Positions 30,235-40,161 of a stretch of DNA of 64,000 nucleotides are shown here, piece after piece (position 1 is the first letter of the stretch; every line of letters begins with the position of its first letter). The notes beneath the pieces are model-generated. The model was not told where the DNA came from and did not search any database. It worked only from the letters and a program-made list of their open reading frames with translations. The stretch comes from Candidatus Saccharimonadota bacterium. GTDB taxonomy: Bacteria; Patescibacteriota; Saccharimonadia; Saccharimonadales; Saccharimonadaceae. Both the position numbers and the translations under genes were made by a program. The stretch covers positions 22,929-86,928 of the forward strand of contig JAFRMK010000007.1 of NCBI GenBank assembly GCA_017430725.1, read 5' to 3'.

Positions 30235-31158
30235 ATGTCAGCGCGAGAAACCGAAACAATCATCAAACTAAGCTCAATAACCAAACGATATGGCTTCGGC
30301 GATGCCGAGTCCTTCGCGCTACACAACTTTGACCTCACCGTCAAACGCGGCGAATTCATTATGATTATGGGACCCTCCGGCTGTGGCAAAACCACTCTTT
30401 TAAACGTTATTGGTCTGCTCGATAAGCCCAGTTCTGGCGAGTATAAACTTCACGGCAAATCCGTCTCGCGTATTTCTGCTCGCAAAAAAGCCCTGTTTCG
30501 CGCCAAAGAAATCGGCTTTATCTTCCAGAACTTTAATCTTATCCCCAATCTCACCGTCTTAGACAACGTCTGTCTGCCGCTTCTCTATTCTGGCATCCAC
30601 AAAACCCGCCGCCTGAAGATGGCTGACACCATTCTCGAACGCTTCCATCTGCGCGAACGCGAATACTATATGCCACACCAGCTTTCCGGCGGCCAACAGC
30701 AACGCGTCGCCATCGCCCGCAGTCTTGTTGCCAACCCTTCAATCATTCTCGCCGACGAACCCACCGGTAACCTCGACAGCCGTGCCTCGCACATCGTCAT
30801 GGAAGAACTCCGCGACATCCACGCCCTTGGCAACACGATTATCATGGTCACCCATAACCCCGCTCTCACCACCTATGCCACCCGCGTCATTCACATGCTT
30901 GACGGCGAAATTGACACCGACATCAAGACTGTCGCCGACCGTGATCTACCACAACCTGGCGCTCCTGAAAAAATCTCCGTCCGCATTCTGCCGAAGAAAA
31001 ACAACGAAATCGAAATCGCCGTTGACTCTGAAACAAATATCGTAGTTACTGGCCAAAATGTCACCGCCGAACAAGCCAAAAAAACGAAAAAATCCACCAA
31101 AAAAGCTTCCACAAAGGCCAAATCTAAAACCAAAAAAGCCAAAAAGGAGAAAAAATAG
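30235..31158 (+). CDS. ABC transporter ATP-binding protein (MacB/LolD/FtsE-like) with a lysine-rich C-terminal tail
   Basis: Walker A is GPSGCGKTT, the signature is LSGGQQQRV and Walker B is IILADEP. I prefer the ATG at 30235 (MSARETETIIKL...) over the track's TTG at 30214. The tail is AKKTKKSTKKASTKAKSKTKKAKKEKK. Confidence 0.88.
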   Translation: MSARETETIIKLSSITKRYGFGDAESFALHNFDLTVKRGEFIMIMGPSGCGKTTLLNVIGLLDKPSSGEYKLHGKSVSRISARKKALFRAKEIGFIFQNFNLIPNLTVLDNVCLPLLYSGIHKTRRLKMADTILERFHLREREYYMPHQLSGGQQQRVAIARSLVANPSIILADEPTGNLDSRASHIVMEELRDIHALGNTIIMVTHNPALTTYATRVIHMLDGEIDTDIKTVADRDLPQPGAPEKISVRILPKKNNEIEIAVDSETNIVVTGQNVTAEQAKKTKKSTKKASTKAKSKTKKAKKEKK

Positions 31159-31160
31159 CC

Positions 31161-32390
31161 ATGCCATCGCTCATCAACTCCAACATCCAGCTCGCCGTTG
31201 AAAGTCTCCGCAAAAACCGTGGCCGTACATTTCTGTCGGCACTCGGCATCGCTATTGGTGTCGCCTCAATCGTTCTAATCTTGTCCCTCACTGGGGGCGT
31301 CAATCGGCTAGTCAGCACCAGCGCCAACAAAAACAATAACGACCTCATTCTCGTTCGCCCCAGCAACGGCAAAAACCTCACCGAAAATATCATCGGTGAA
31401 CTTACTTCCAGCAACCAGTATTCCAAATCCAGCCTCACTTTCGAAGACCTTGAGGCCATCAAAAAAATCGACCACGTCGCAAGCGTTGCGCCACTCGCCG
31501 TCTCTTCAGCCAATCTCAAAATCGGCGACAAAAGCACTCAGCCAATCAGCGTCCTCGCCACTACGCCAAACTTCGCCGAATCGGCCGGACTCACCCTCAA
31601 AAACGGCCAATTTCTCGCCTCCAGCCTCCAAGAAAATGTTGCCGTCATCGGCTATAAATCCGCTATGCAGCTCTTCGGTACCACCGATGCCATCACTAAA
31701 ACATTCACCTATAACGACCAGCACTTCATGATTATTGGCGTTCTCGACGAACTGAACGACCCCATCAACTACAACAACGTCGACCTAGACCATTCCGTCA
31801 TCATTAACATCAATTTTGCTAGCACTTTTGAATCATCCATCCAAATCCAGCAAATCAACGTCCGCACTAAAACCTCTGACGCTATCGCCTCCGTCCGTGA
31901 CGAAATCGACAAAACCCTCCAAAAGAACAAAAACGGCACCGACAGCTATCAAATCGTCAGCGGAAACGATAATCTCCACCCCACCGGCTCGCTCCTCTCG
32001 ATTGTCTCTGGCATGCTCACGCTCATCGCTTCCATTTCGCTCGTTGTAGGCGGCATCGGCGTCATGAACATCATGCTCGTCTCCGTCGCTGAGCGCACCC
32101 GCGAAATCGGCATCCGTAAAGCCGTTGGCGCTTCCGCCAGCCACATCCTGTTGCAATTCCTCTTCGAGGCTATCATTCTCAGCGTACTCGGCGGCATACT
32201 CGGTTTCATTCTGGGCTATATCCTTGCCTTCCTCGTTTCGCTCGTCACGCCATTTGCTCCGTTCATCTCATGGCAAATCCTCGCCATCACTGGCGTCGTC
32301 ACTCTTCTCATCGGCATCGTCTTTGGCGTCTATCCCGCCGCCAAAGCCTCCACCAGAGACCCCATCACGTCGTTGAAATACTATCGCTAA
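31161..32390 (+). CDS. ABC transporter permease, FtsX/MacB type
   Basis: One N-terminal TM helix, a ~230-aa extracytoplasmic domain, and three C-terminal TM helices containing ...ERTREIGIRKAVGAS..., the FtsX-family motif. Confidence 0.88.
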   Translation: MPSLINSNIQLAVESLRKNRGRTFLSALGIAIGVASIVLILSLTGGVNRLVSTSANKNNNDLILVRPSNGKNLTENIIGELTSSNQYSKSSLTFEDLEAIKKIDHVASVAPLAVSSANLKIGDKSTQPISVLATTPNFAESAGLTLKNGQFLASSLQENVAVIGYKSAMQLFGTTDAITKTFTYNDQHFMIIGVLDELNDPINYNNVDLDHSVIININFASTFESSIQIQQINVRTKTSDAIASVRDEIDKTLQKNKNGTDSYQIVSGNDNLHPTGSLLSIVSGMLTLIASISLVVGGIGVMNIMLVSVAERTREIGIRKAVGASASHILLQFLFEAIILSVLGGILGFILGYILAFLVSLVTPFAPFISWQILAITGVVTLLIGIVFGVYPAAKASTRDPITSLKYYR

Positions 32391-35300
32391 TTAGCTGTAA
32401 TTGACCATCCAATCGCCCACCAAATTGGCTGCCGACAAATCACGGTAGGCTTGGCGCATATCTTCGCTCAGATTCTCGGATTGACCTTGCGTGCGAATCG
32501 CCTCGCGCCGCTCTTCTGGCTTCGCTAACATCCAAGTCACAAAGCCACTATCCAATACTTCTCTTACTGCTCCGGCATCCACGCCCTCATTGCTCCCAAG
32601 TCGCTGCACCGCTTCATCGATATCGGCCGGATTCACCCATGTCCGAGCATAAAATGCTGGCGGCAATATCACATTCATATCGCGCAACACGTCGCCCGCC
32701 TCGCGCACATCATCCGGCATCACAACTTCGCGCCCATCCGTATAGCTCTTGTCCTGAGCGATCAGGTAAAGTCGTCGCTCCAATGCCGACGCATTATTCC
32801 ACGTCTCAAGGGCATCTTTAACTGTCGCTACATCATGCGCTTCTGTACCATTTATCGGCTCCGCTTCGCGCATAATCATCTTTACCGAAGCATCACTCGC
32901 CAGAATCGACGTATCAGGATACCACGCCTCAACACCGAACCTTGCGTCCTGGAATCTCCCCAAATTATCCGAGGTATTTCGTCTGTCTGCCGTAATCTCC
33001 AATAGACCCGCATCCCGCAGCAACATATCCTTGAAGTTTACGCCTTGCCCTGTCATGTGCTTAAACTGCTCTCGGCCGCTCTGCTCGTTCCACTCATGAA
33101 TCACTTTCCTGAATAACCAGTCATTCTCGCCACCATATTTTTCCGGCACCGCACTGCCCAGAATGTCATACTTGGCTTGGCCGTAGCGCTCCTCAATTTC
33201 CGTCAGATTCGCTCGCTCTGCATTACTCACGGCCTGCTCAACCTGCGCCCGCACCGGCGTTTCCGTCACCTCGGCCGGCGCGACACTTGCCAACACATCA
33301 ATCGCCTCACGGCGCAGGTTTCCATATTCCTGCGCTTCCGTTTGCGCATTTTCGGCATCAAACAACAAACCGCGATGTTGGTGCATATCCAAGAAGCCCA
33401 AACCGTCAATCAGCGACTTTCGACCACTCTCATCTTCCGGATTATTGCGCAAATCATCGATTGCGCTGCGCAATTGACTCATATTTTCGGCATAATTAAG
33501 CCTGAATTCATTCGCCGAAGGCAAATATTCCAGCTTCGCTTCGCGTTCACGCTGTAAGCCAGCCCGCCGCTCCGCAAGGCGCCGATTCAGCTCTGCTCGT
33601 TCAGCGCTTCGTCCGCCTTCGGCATTAATAAAGCGTAGCCCCTCCGTCAGGGTATCAATATCACGTCCATAACGCACGCTGTCGCGCGCCGCAATTACCG
33701 CATGATAGAAGTTATCTTCACTCCAGCCGGCCTGCTCATCTTCCGTCAATCGCTCGCGCAATTGCCTCGTTTGTGCCTTCATCGCATCAAAGTCTTCTGC
33801 CGTCCCCTCACTCGCCAAGAAATCTTCAATAATCGCATCCAGCCCCAAGGTCACATCCGCCATCCGCTGCTCGTGCTCGTCCGTCGTGTCTTCGGCAATC
33901 TCGCGTATCTGGCCGTCCGTACCATATTCCACCACAACTTTTTCGCCGGCCTCATTCAGCTTAATGCCGTAAGACGCCATCGATTCACCCTCAAGCAACA
34001 TCGCACCATCACGGTTTCGATATATCTCTTCAAACGGCTTCGTCGAATCAATTCTACTCCAATAATCGGCCAGGTACTCTTCCACGCCGTCAAATTTCTG
34101 CCAAATTCTGTCGCTCATGTCGCCAGTCGCAATCAATTCCTCGGCCTTTTGCTGGTACTTTTTCTGAATACGCTCCGTACGATATTTCTTGAACAATCCT
34201 CGTACGCCGTTTTCGTGCTTCTGTTTGAACATCCATTCCGCCAAATTATCGGCCGCTTCCTGTGCATTTTCGGTATAATCTGTATTTATCGCCAAAATAT
34301 CGCCATTTTTCGCCTCTTCCCACTCGTCAATAATCTTTTCGGCTTCTTCGTCGGACAACACTTCTCGCCCTGCCCGTTCGCCGGCAATCGACGAATGTTT
34401 TTCCGCCAAAAAGGCCTGAAAACCCGCATCGTTCTCCGCCAAATCCTGCAATCTCTCGCTTGGACTGACCTGCTCATCTTCTCCCTCGTCGGCCTCATCC
34501 GGCGTCTCCGACTCGCCAGCCGGCCCACCATCTGGCCCATCTGGCGTTTTAGGCTCTTCTGACTCTTCTGGCTCCGCTGACTCGCCCGCGCTCTCACCAT
34601 CCGACACTTCCGCCTCGGTCTCTCCACCCATATGCTTAGTTACATTGTCTATGTACTTATCGTATTCTTCTTGCGATTGCGCCGCTGTTCTGTCATAGCG
34701 CCACTTCAGTTTTCTGCGCACTTCTTCCGGGCTGTCATTTTCCAAATCAATGTCTTCAAATTTGTGTTCAACGAGTCGGTAGCCGCTGTCAGCATTTTCC
34801 TTCATGAAGGCATCTGCGTCTTTTCTGCTCCGAAATTCCTGAATAATTCGCTCGTTTTCATCATCAACAACCAAATATTCGCGGTCCTCTTCGCCCTCAA
34901 AATTCGTTTCTGCCGTCTCGCCGCGCGCTTCGCGTTTCTGCATTTCCAGCAAACGCTTCTGATAGGCCAGTTCCTCACTGGTCAACCCTGCCAGCTTCAG
35001 CGCTTCTTCCTTGCTCAGGCTGTCATCCTCAGCACGCAATCTGTCGGCCTCTTCGTTCAATGCATCACTTCCCTCGCGTCGCTTCGTATCAAGCTTTTCG
35101 CGTAGCTCAGTCAGCCGCTTTCGCCGCTCTTCGCGCAGTTGTTCCCGGGCAAAAAGCTCTTCCAGTTGCTTATCGCTGTATTTTTCGCCTGTTTTGGGGT
35201 CAATCTCGTCCGAATGTGCGTCTTTAAAGGCCTCCAGAGCCTCTCTATTGGCTTTTTCCTGCTCAGCCTGATTCCTTGCCGCTTCTGCTTTTTCCGCGCT

Positions 35301-36320
35301 TTCTAGTGCCTCCTGGAAGGCATCACGGCGCTCTGGATTTTCCGAAATCACTTCTTCGTGCCCGAAACTCATCACGCCCAACTCTTCTAGCGCCCTCAAA
35401 TCTCCCGTCAGCGCAACCCCTTCAGTCGTGCCGGCATCAAAATCTGCCGGATTATCCGTCAATTCCGCAATATTGCCGCTCTTCATGTAATTTGCGCGTT
35501 TCTCGGCCGGAATATCATTCCAATCTTGAATCGCCTGCCGATATTGCGCCATGCTCTTCTCTGTCAAACGCTTACGTTCGTCATCGGACAATTTCTCGGC
35601 CCACTCTTTTTTCATCAATTCAACTTGCTCGTCCGATAAAGTCGCCTTAATTTCGTCCGACAAACTATCAAACTGCTCATGCGTGTCGCTTTGTGCCCAC
35701 AACAACTCGGCCTGTTCTTTTGCGTCTTTTGCGTCAAACCACTCCGTAGTCTCATCTTTCAAATCAAAAGACTTGCCTTCTCCATGTACGTTTTTTGCCG
35801 CAAAATCCGGATCAACCATCAATTCGTCACCAGAGCCCTTCTTTACGAATATTCCCTCACGCTGCAAAAAGCCAATTTCCTCTTCCACGGCCTGGACGAT
35901 GTTGTCCGCTCTCCCCTCCGCCAACACTTTCGCATCTCCGGTCGCCAAAAAGGCTTCACGTTCCCTGGCGGGCAATCCATTAAAGAAATCAATTGCCTCC
36001 TCAACTCGGTTCACGGCGCGTAAATTCTCGGCCGACATCTCGCTTGCGGCAGGCGCATTTGCCTCCAGCCAATCATGATAACGCTCTCTATCAATCTTAT
36101 TCTGGCCGCCATTATCCTCCAGGCTATCCGCCCGCAACTCCGGTCCGGTCATCCGTTTCGCTTCGTCTCTACTTTCCTCGGCAATCCGCTCCCGCTCGGC
36201 TTCCTGCGTGCAGCGCGCATCATATTGCTCATCTGTTTCGCCAGGATATCGTAACGGCGGAAACTTCTCCGTCTTTTCGGCCAGATTTTCGTTGTTTGTC
36301 GGTGTCTCGTTTTCTCTCAT
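32391..36320 (-). CDS. Giant (1309 aa) highly acidic hypothetical protein with a recurring ~50-aa 'W-N-x-x-P-x-x-E-R' module
   Basis: One uninterrupted ORF with an ATG start. No TM helix or signal peptide. It is E/D/R/A-rich and I recognise no catalytic motif. See findings for the repeats. Confidence 0.8.
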   Translation of the reverse strand: MRENETPTNNENLAEKTEKFPPLRYPGETDEQYDARCTQEAERERIAEESRDEAKRMTGPELRADSLEDNGGQNKIDRERYHDWLEANAPAASEMSAENLRAVNRVEEAIDFFNGLPAREREAFLATGDAKVLAEGRADNIVQAVEEEIGFLQREGIFVKKGSGDELMVDPDFAAKNVHGEGKSFDLKDETTEWFDAKDAKEQAELLWAQSDTHEQFDSLSDEIKATLSDEQVELMKKEWAEKLSDDERKRLTEKSMAQYRQAIQDWNDIPAEKRANYMKSGNIAELTDNPADFDAGTTEGVALTGDLRALEELGVMSFGHEEVISENPERRDAFQEALESAEKAEAARNQAEQEKANREALEAFKDAHSDEIDPKTGEKYSDKQLEELFAREQLREERRKRLTELREKLDTKRREGSDALNEEADRLRAEDDSLSKEEALKLAGLTSEELAYQKRLLEMQKREARGETAETNFEGEEDREYLVVDDENERIIQEFRSRKDADAFMKENADSGYRLVEHKFEDIDLENDSPEEVRRKLKWRYDRTAAQSQEEYDKYIDNVTKHMGGETEAEVSDGESAGESAEPEESEEPKTPDGPDGGPAGESETPDEADEGEDEQVSPSERLQDLAENDAGFQAFLAEKHSSIAGERAGREVLSDEEAEKIIDEWEEAKNGDILAINTDYTENAQEAADNLAEWMFKQKHENGVRGLFKKYRTERIQKKYQQKAEELIATGDMSDRIWQKFDGVEEYLADYWSRIDSTKPFEEIYRNRDGAMLLEGESMASYGIKLNEAGEKVVVEYGTDGQIREIAEDTTDEHEQRMADVTLGLDAIIEDFLASEGTAEDFDAMKAQTRQLRERLTEDEQAGWSEDNFYHAVIAARDSVRYGRDIDTLTEGLRFINAEGGRSAERAELNRRLAERRAGLQREREAKLEYLPSANEFRLNYAENMSQLRSAIDDLRNNPEDESGRKSLIDGLGFLDMHQHRGLLFDAENAQTEAQEYGNLRREAIDVLASVAPAEVTETPVRAQVEQAVSNAERANLTEIEERYGQAKYDILGSAVPEKYGGENDWLFRKVIHEWNEQSGREQFKHMTGQGVNFKDMLLRDAGLLEITADRRNTSDNLGRFQDARFGVEAWYPDTSILASDASVKMIMREAEPINGTEAHDVATVKDALETWNNASALERRLYLIAQDKSYTDGREVVMPDDVREAGDVLRDMNVILPPAFYARTWVNPADIDEAVQRLGSNEGVDAGAVREVLDSGFVTWMLAKPEERREAIRTQGQSENLSEDMRQAYRDLSAANLVGDWMVNYS

Positions 36321-36321
36321 C

Positions 36322-36663
36322 TTATCTCCCCTCCGTTACTGCGCTGCGTATCGGCTTTTTCATTAGAAACAATTCCTCAAATTGACGTTTGGTCTTTGCA
36401 GCGGTCTCCTCGATGTCTACGCCATTTTCACGCAAAAAACTCGCAATTTCATCATCGCTTAAATCGCTCTCATCCATCCGCTTCATCAGCTCGCTCACCT
36501 TTTCCTCTGGCAAACCATCAGTCAAGGCAACTTCAATCTGCGCCTCAAGCCTATCCAACAGATCATCTTTCATTATTATCGTTTCCGCCTCACCAAAAGC
36601 TGTGTAATCTTTCTTCGCCCACAGCTCATCAATGAAAGTCTTCAGCGCCAGCTCGTCAATCAT
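36322..36663 (-). CDS. Small acidic helical hypothetical protein, translationally coupled to the 1309-aa gene
   Basis: 113 aa. Its stop is 1 nt before the start of the downstream gene. The sequence includes MIDELALKTFIDELWAKKDY...LPEEKVSELMKRMDESDLSDDE. Confidence 0.6.
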   Translation of the reverse strand: MIDELALKTFIDELWAKKDYTAFGEAETIIMKDDLLDRLEAQIEVALTDGLPEEKVSELMKRMDESDLSDDEIASFLRENGVDIEETAAKTKRQFEELFLMKKPIRSAVTEGR

Positions 36664-36735
36664 TCAACACCTCATTTTTTTATATTTTCCCTTATGGTTA
36701 TTCTACCACAAAACCATCCGATTCGATAAAAGTAG

Positions 36736-36741
36736 TATAAT
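36736..36741 (+). promoter_or_regulatory. -10 box (TATAAT) 7 nt upstream of the tsaD ATG (leaderless-type)
   Basis: The sequence is agtagTATAATtaatctgATG, with the ATG at 36749. Confidence 0.4.
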
Positions 36742-36748
36742 TAATCTG

Positions 36749-37789
36749 ATGAATATCTTAGCCATTGAGAGCTCCTGTGACGAAACCGCCTGCGCAATCA
36801 TTGCCGACGAGGCTCGAATTTTGTCGAATGTAGTCGTTTCGCAAATCGACATCCACTCAGCCTATGGCGGCGTGATTCCGGAGATTGCCGCCCGTTCCCA
36901 CATCGAGGCCATTCTGCCAGTCGTCCACCAAGCACTCGCTGATGCCAAACTCGCCATCACGGACATCGACGCCATCGCCGTCACCCATACGCCCGGCCTG
37001 GTCGGCTCACTGCTGATTGGCACCCTGACCGCTCGCACCCTCTCCGTCATCCACGACATCCCACTCTACCCTGTCCATCACCTCAAATCCCACATCTACG
37101 CCAACTGGCTCAGTGGACACAACCCCGACTTTCCACTTATTGCCCTTGTCCTCTCTGGTGGACACACTCAAATTATCCGCATGACCGCACACAACGACTT
37201 CACCATCCTCGGCAGCACTCGCGACGATGCCATCGGCGAAGTTTTTGACAAGGTTGCAAAAATCCTCGGCCTCCCCTACCCAGGTGGCCCCGCTATCGCC
37301 CAGGCCGCCAAATCCGGCAACGACCAAGCATATCATTTACCCATTCCACAAGTCTCCGGTCTTGACTTCTCGTTCAGCGGCCTCAAAACTGCCGTCCTGC
37401 GCGCCGTCCAGCAAGCACTCAATCTCCCCATTTCAACCCCATCGCACGTTCTCAAAGACCATCTCTCGGCCCAACAAATCGCCGACTTCGCCGCCAGCTT
37501 CCAGACAACCGCCGCAAAAATAATCGCCCTCAAGCTCCATCAAGCCCTACTCGACTATCCTGACACCAAATCAATCTTGCTAGCCGGCGGCGTATCCGCC
37601 AACCAAATCATTCGTGACACTATCACGCAGCGCTTTCACCATAATCACCATGTTTTCTTTCCTGAACCAGCCTTCTGCACTGACAATGCCGCCATGGTCG
37701 GCGCCGCCGCCTATTACGCAATTCAGGCCGGCACTCAAGCCACCGACCCCTATGCGCTTGACATCTCGCCCCGCTCGCCTATTTCCTAG
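36749..37789 (+). CDS. tsaD: tRNA N6-adenosine threonylcarbamoyltransferase (Kae1/Gcp family)
   Basis: MNILAIESSCDETACAI... is the typical N-terminus. HIEAIL and SGGHTQ are also present. The 39 upstream codons in the track ORF overlap the divergent gene and look non-coding. Confidence 0.9.
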   Translation: MNILAIESSCDETACAIIADEARILSNVVVSQIDIHSAYGGVIPEIAARSHIEAILPVVHQALADAKLAITDIDAIAVTHTPGLVGSLLIGTLTARTLSVIHDIPLYPVHHLKSHIYANWLSGHNPDFPLIALVLSGGHTQIIRMTAHNDFTILGSTRDDAIGEVFDKVAKILGLPYPGGPAIAQAAKSGNDQAYHLPIPQVSGLDFSFSGLKTAVLRAVQQALNLPISTPSHVLKDHLSAQQIADFAASFQTTAAKIIALKLHQALLDYPDTKSILLAGGVSANQIIRDTITQRFHHNHHVFFPEPAFCTDNAAMVGAAAYYAIQAGTQATDPYALDISPRSPIS

Positions 37790-38876
37790 ACTCGGCCTTT
37801 TTCAGCACAGTCTTCACGGCCCGCTTCCCTGCGCCGCCGATTCGCCTAATCCCCCGCTTTAGTTGTTGCTGACGATATTTCTTCCTGTCGACTATCAAGC
37901 GAAAGCCGCCGATATATTCTTCAACCTGCACGCCAAATCCGCTCTTAAATTCCAACAGATGGTTATTTTTTGAAAAATCCCCCGCCATCCCGTAAAAATT
38001 CACCCGTTTCACGCCTTTCGCCAAGCTCTTTCGCAATAAATCATCTTGCAACACCGTCATCGCGTTCATTCGTCGGTATTTCTGCACTGTACCTGAAATA
38101 AAGCTCACCGTTTCGTTCGGATGCTCAAAAATCACCCTGCCCGCCACCGTATCGCCGTTTGCCTTGTTCCGCGCCAGCATAAAATGAACCTGCTTACCAA
38201 ATGCTTCAGCGATATAGCGGTAATAGCTCAAATCACGGCTCCGCACACCATTCTTCGTATTGCTGCCTTCAATCGCCTCAGCCACCTCTGCCAAACCTGC
38301 CTCATTATGCACCTCAAGTATATCTAACTCTTTACTGCACTTTCGCAATTTATTACGTACATTCTTTTTATAGGATGCCTGCAGATCCTCGGCACTAGAA
38401 AAGCCGCTTAAGTCCTTCACCGTAACCCAGCGGTTCGCCTTGTTTTCTATCGCCGTCGTGCGCCCTTCATACTCAAAACCCGCGCTAGCAAACAATGAAA
38501 ATATATCATCACGCGCATAATTCTCTAGAACTTCACCATGTACATCGCGCTTCGACAGTAACAGCGGCGGAAAAACTTCCAGAGTCACCGCCTTGCGCCG
38601 TTTCGCCTCCGCGATTAACCCATCCAACCAGAACTTCACCAGCCGCAGGTCCTCCCAATCCATCACGCCCCCCATCGGTACCATCATCATGCCATCTTTC
38701 TCAAAAGCAATACAAGCAGCCAACACTTTTTCGGCATCTTTCACACCAAAAAGCCAGGCCTGCCAGCCCATTCGCCGGCGCACTTCCGCCCGCTCCGCCA
38801 TCTGATAGAGATTGCCATATGGACTCTTTTGCTCAAACTGCCTTAACTCCCCCGCTTCTAGCTCCACAAATCTCAT
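37779..38876 (-). CDS. FemAB-family peptidoglycan-bridge aminoacyltransferase-like protein
   Basis: 365 aa. The N-terminal region (...FEQKSPYGNLYQMAERAEVRRRMGW...) and the C-terminal region (...NFYGMAGDFSKNNHLLEFKSGFG) follow the FemAB layout. Confidence 0.7.
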   Translation of the reverse strand: MRFVELEAGELRQFEQKSPYGNLYQMAERAEVRRRMGWQAWLFGVKDAEKVLAACIAFEKDGMMMVPMGGVMDWEDLRLVKFWLDGLIAEAKRRKAVTLEVFPPLLLSKRDVHGEVLENYARDDIFSLFASAGFEYEGRTTAIENKANRWVTVKDLSGFSSAEDLQASYKKNVRNKLRKCSKELDILEVHNEAGLAEVAEAIEGSNTKNGVRSRDLSYYRYIAEAFGKQVHFMLARNKANGDTVAGRVIFEHPNETVSFISGTVQKYRRMNAMTVLQDDLLRKSLAKGVKRVNFYGMAGDFSKNNHLLEFKSGFGVQVEEYIGGFRLIVDRKKYRQQQLKRGIRRIGGAGKRAVKTVLKKAESRK

Positions 38877-38922
38877 GTCCTCATTCTATCACAGCAAAAA
38901 TCGTATATAATAAAGGCAGTTT

Positions 38923-40131
38923 ATGAGCTATATCGAGAGTAGTTTACGGGTACGCCGCAGCATTGCCAAGCTCACCGACACTGATGCCGATGACTGGTTT
39001 TTGTGCATGAAAGCTCGCTTTGGTCTAGCCGAAGTCTATCGTGCCATCCATGACACGCTCGGCGCCGGCGCCATCCTCACCACCCCATATACCTGTATCA
39101 CCTCCATCAATCCCATCCTGGTCGCCGATCTCACGCCAAGCTACCTCGACATAGACCCCACCACGCTTTCCCCTACCGCCCTGCCGGCAGACACCAGCCA
39201 GGCACATGCTCTCGTTATCCAACACACTTTTGGCCTAATCGGCGACAAATCCGCCCTCATCAGCCAGGCCCGCATGCAACAGCTGCTCATTATCGAAGAT
39301 TCTGCTCACTGTCTGTTACGCCTCGCCCGCGACTCCTCCGAAACACCGCTTGCCGACATCTCGGTTCACTCATTCGGTGTCGAAAAAATCCTCCAGGGCA
39401 CCAAGTTCGGCGGCGCAATCTATCTAAATCCCCGTCTCAAAATCGCCAATCCCGAACTTCATACCCGCATCACGCAGCGCCTCGTAAAACTACCGGCGCC
39501 CACTACCGCACTTAGTCTGCGCGCGCGCATTTATCGTCCCACGAATTCTCTTATCCAACATCTTCCTCGTGGCATCAAGGATTCCGTCCGCCAACTCGCT
39601 ATCAAACTTCACGTCCTCGAACCTGCTATCTATCCGTACGAGCAGGAAGGCCGCCAGGCCCCATCTTGCGCCCCCAGCCAATTTGTCAATCAGCGTATCT
39701 ATCATCAGTTGGCCGGCCTTGCCGAAAACTACGAACAGCGCAAAGCCAATGTCGCTACCTATCAAGCCCAGTTCCGCTCGGAGAAGTTCAGCCAGCTCTA
39801 CCCCACCAACTCCGCCGAGCCACTCCTCGCCTTTCCGCTCAAATTCAACGATGCCGCGCTCGCCGATAAGGCCTATGAGCTCCTCACCGGTGCTGGCTTT
39901 TTCATTCGACGCTGGTACCACCCCCTACTCTACCCCGGCACACAGTACCCACAAATCTACCATTATGATGCTACCGACTGCCCGACCGCCGAATCCTTGT
40001 CCGCCTGCGTCCTTGGCCTCCCCACCGACCTCACCCCCGAACAAACCGCCAAAATCATCAGCTTACTTCAACCTGTGGAAAAACCTGTGCAAAACTCCGA
40101 AACTCTACAAAATATATCACCAAACGCATAA
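38923..40131 (+). CDS. DegT/DnrJ/EryC1-like (PLP-fold) protein
   Basis: ...TTPYTCITSINPI...YLDIDPTTL...ALVIQHTFG...IIEDSAHCL...HSFGVEKIL... follows the DegT motif order, including a candidate Schiff-base Lys in HSFGVEK. Confidence 0.55.
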   Translation: MSYIESSLRVRRSIAKLTDTDADDWFLCMKARFGLAEVYRAIHDTLGAGAILTTPYTCITSINPILVADLTPSYLDIDPTTLSPTALPADTSQAHALVIQHTFGLIGDKSALISQARMQQLLIIEDSAHCLLRLARDSSETPLADISVHSFGVEKILQGTKFGGAIYLNPRLKIANPELHTRITQRLVKLPAPTTALSLRARIYRPTNSLIQHLPRGIKDSVRQLAIKLHVLEPAIYPYEQEGRQAPSCAPSQFVNQRIYHQLAGLAENYEQRKANVATYQAQFRSEKFSQLYPTNSAEPLLAFPLKFNDAALADKAYELLTGAGFFIRRWYHPLLYPGTQYPQIYHYDATDCPTAESLSACVLGLPTDLTPEQTAKIISLLQPVEKPVQNSETLQNISPNA

Positions 40132-40141
40132 ACACCAAATG

Positions 40142-40150
40142 TGCTAGAAT
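40142..40150 (+). promoter_or_regulatory. Extended -10 (TGcTAGAAT) 11 nt upstream of the second Fem gene ATG
   Basis: The sequence is gTGCTAGAATattttacagttATG, with the ATG at 40162. Confidence 0.4.
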
Positions 40151-40161
40151 ATTTTACAGTT

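Noticed and set aside
33177-36385. + strand ORFs (33702..34562, 34632..35105, 35551..36078 and others) opposite the 1309-aa gene.
   Set aside because: They are low-complexity L/F/R/S-rich translations. The minus strand carries a single uninterrupted 3.9-kb ORF.
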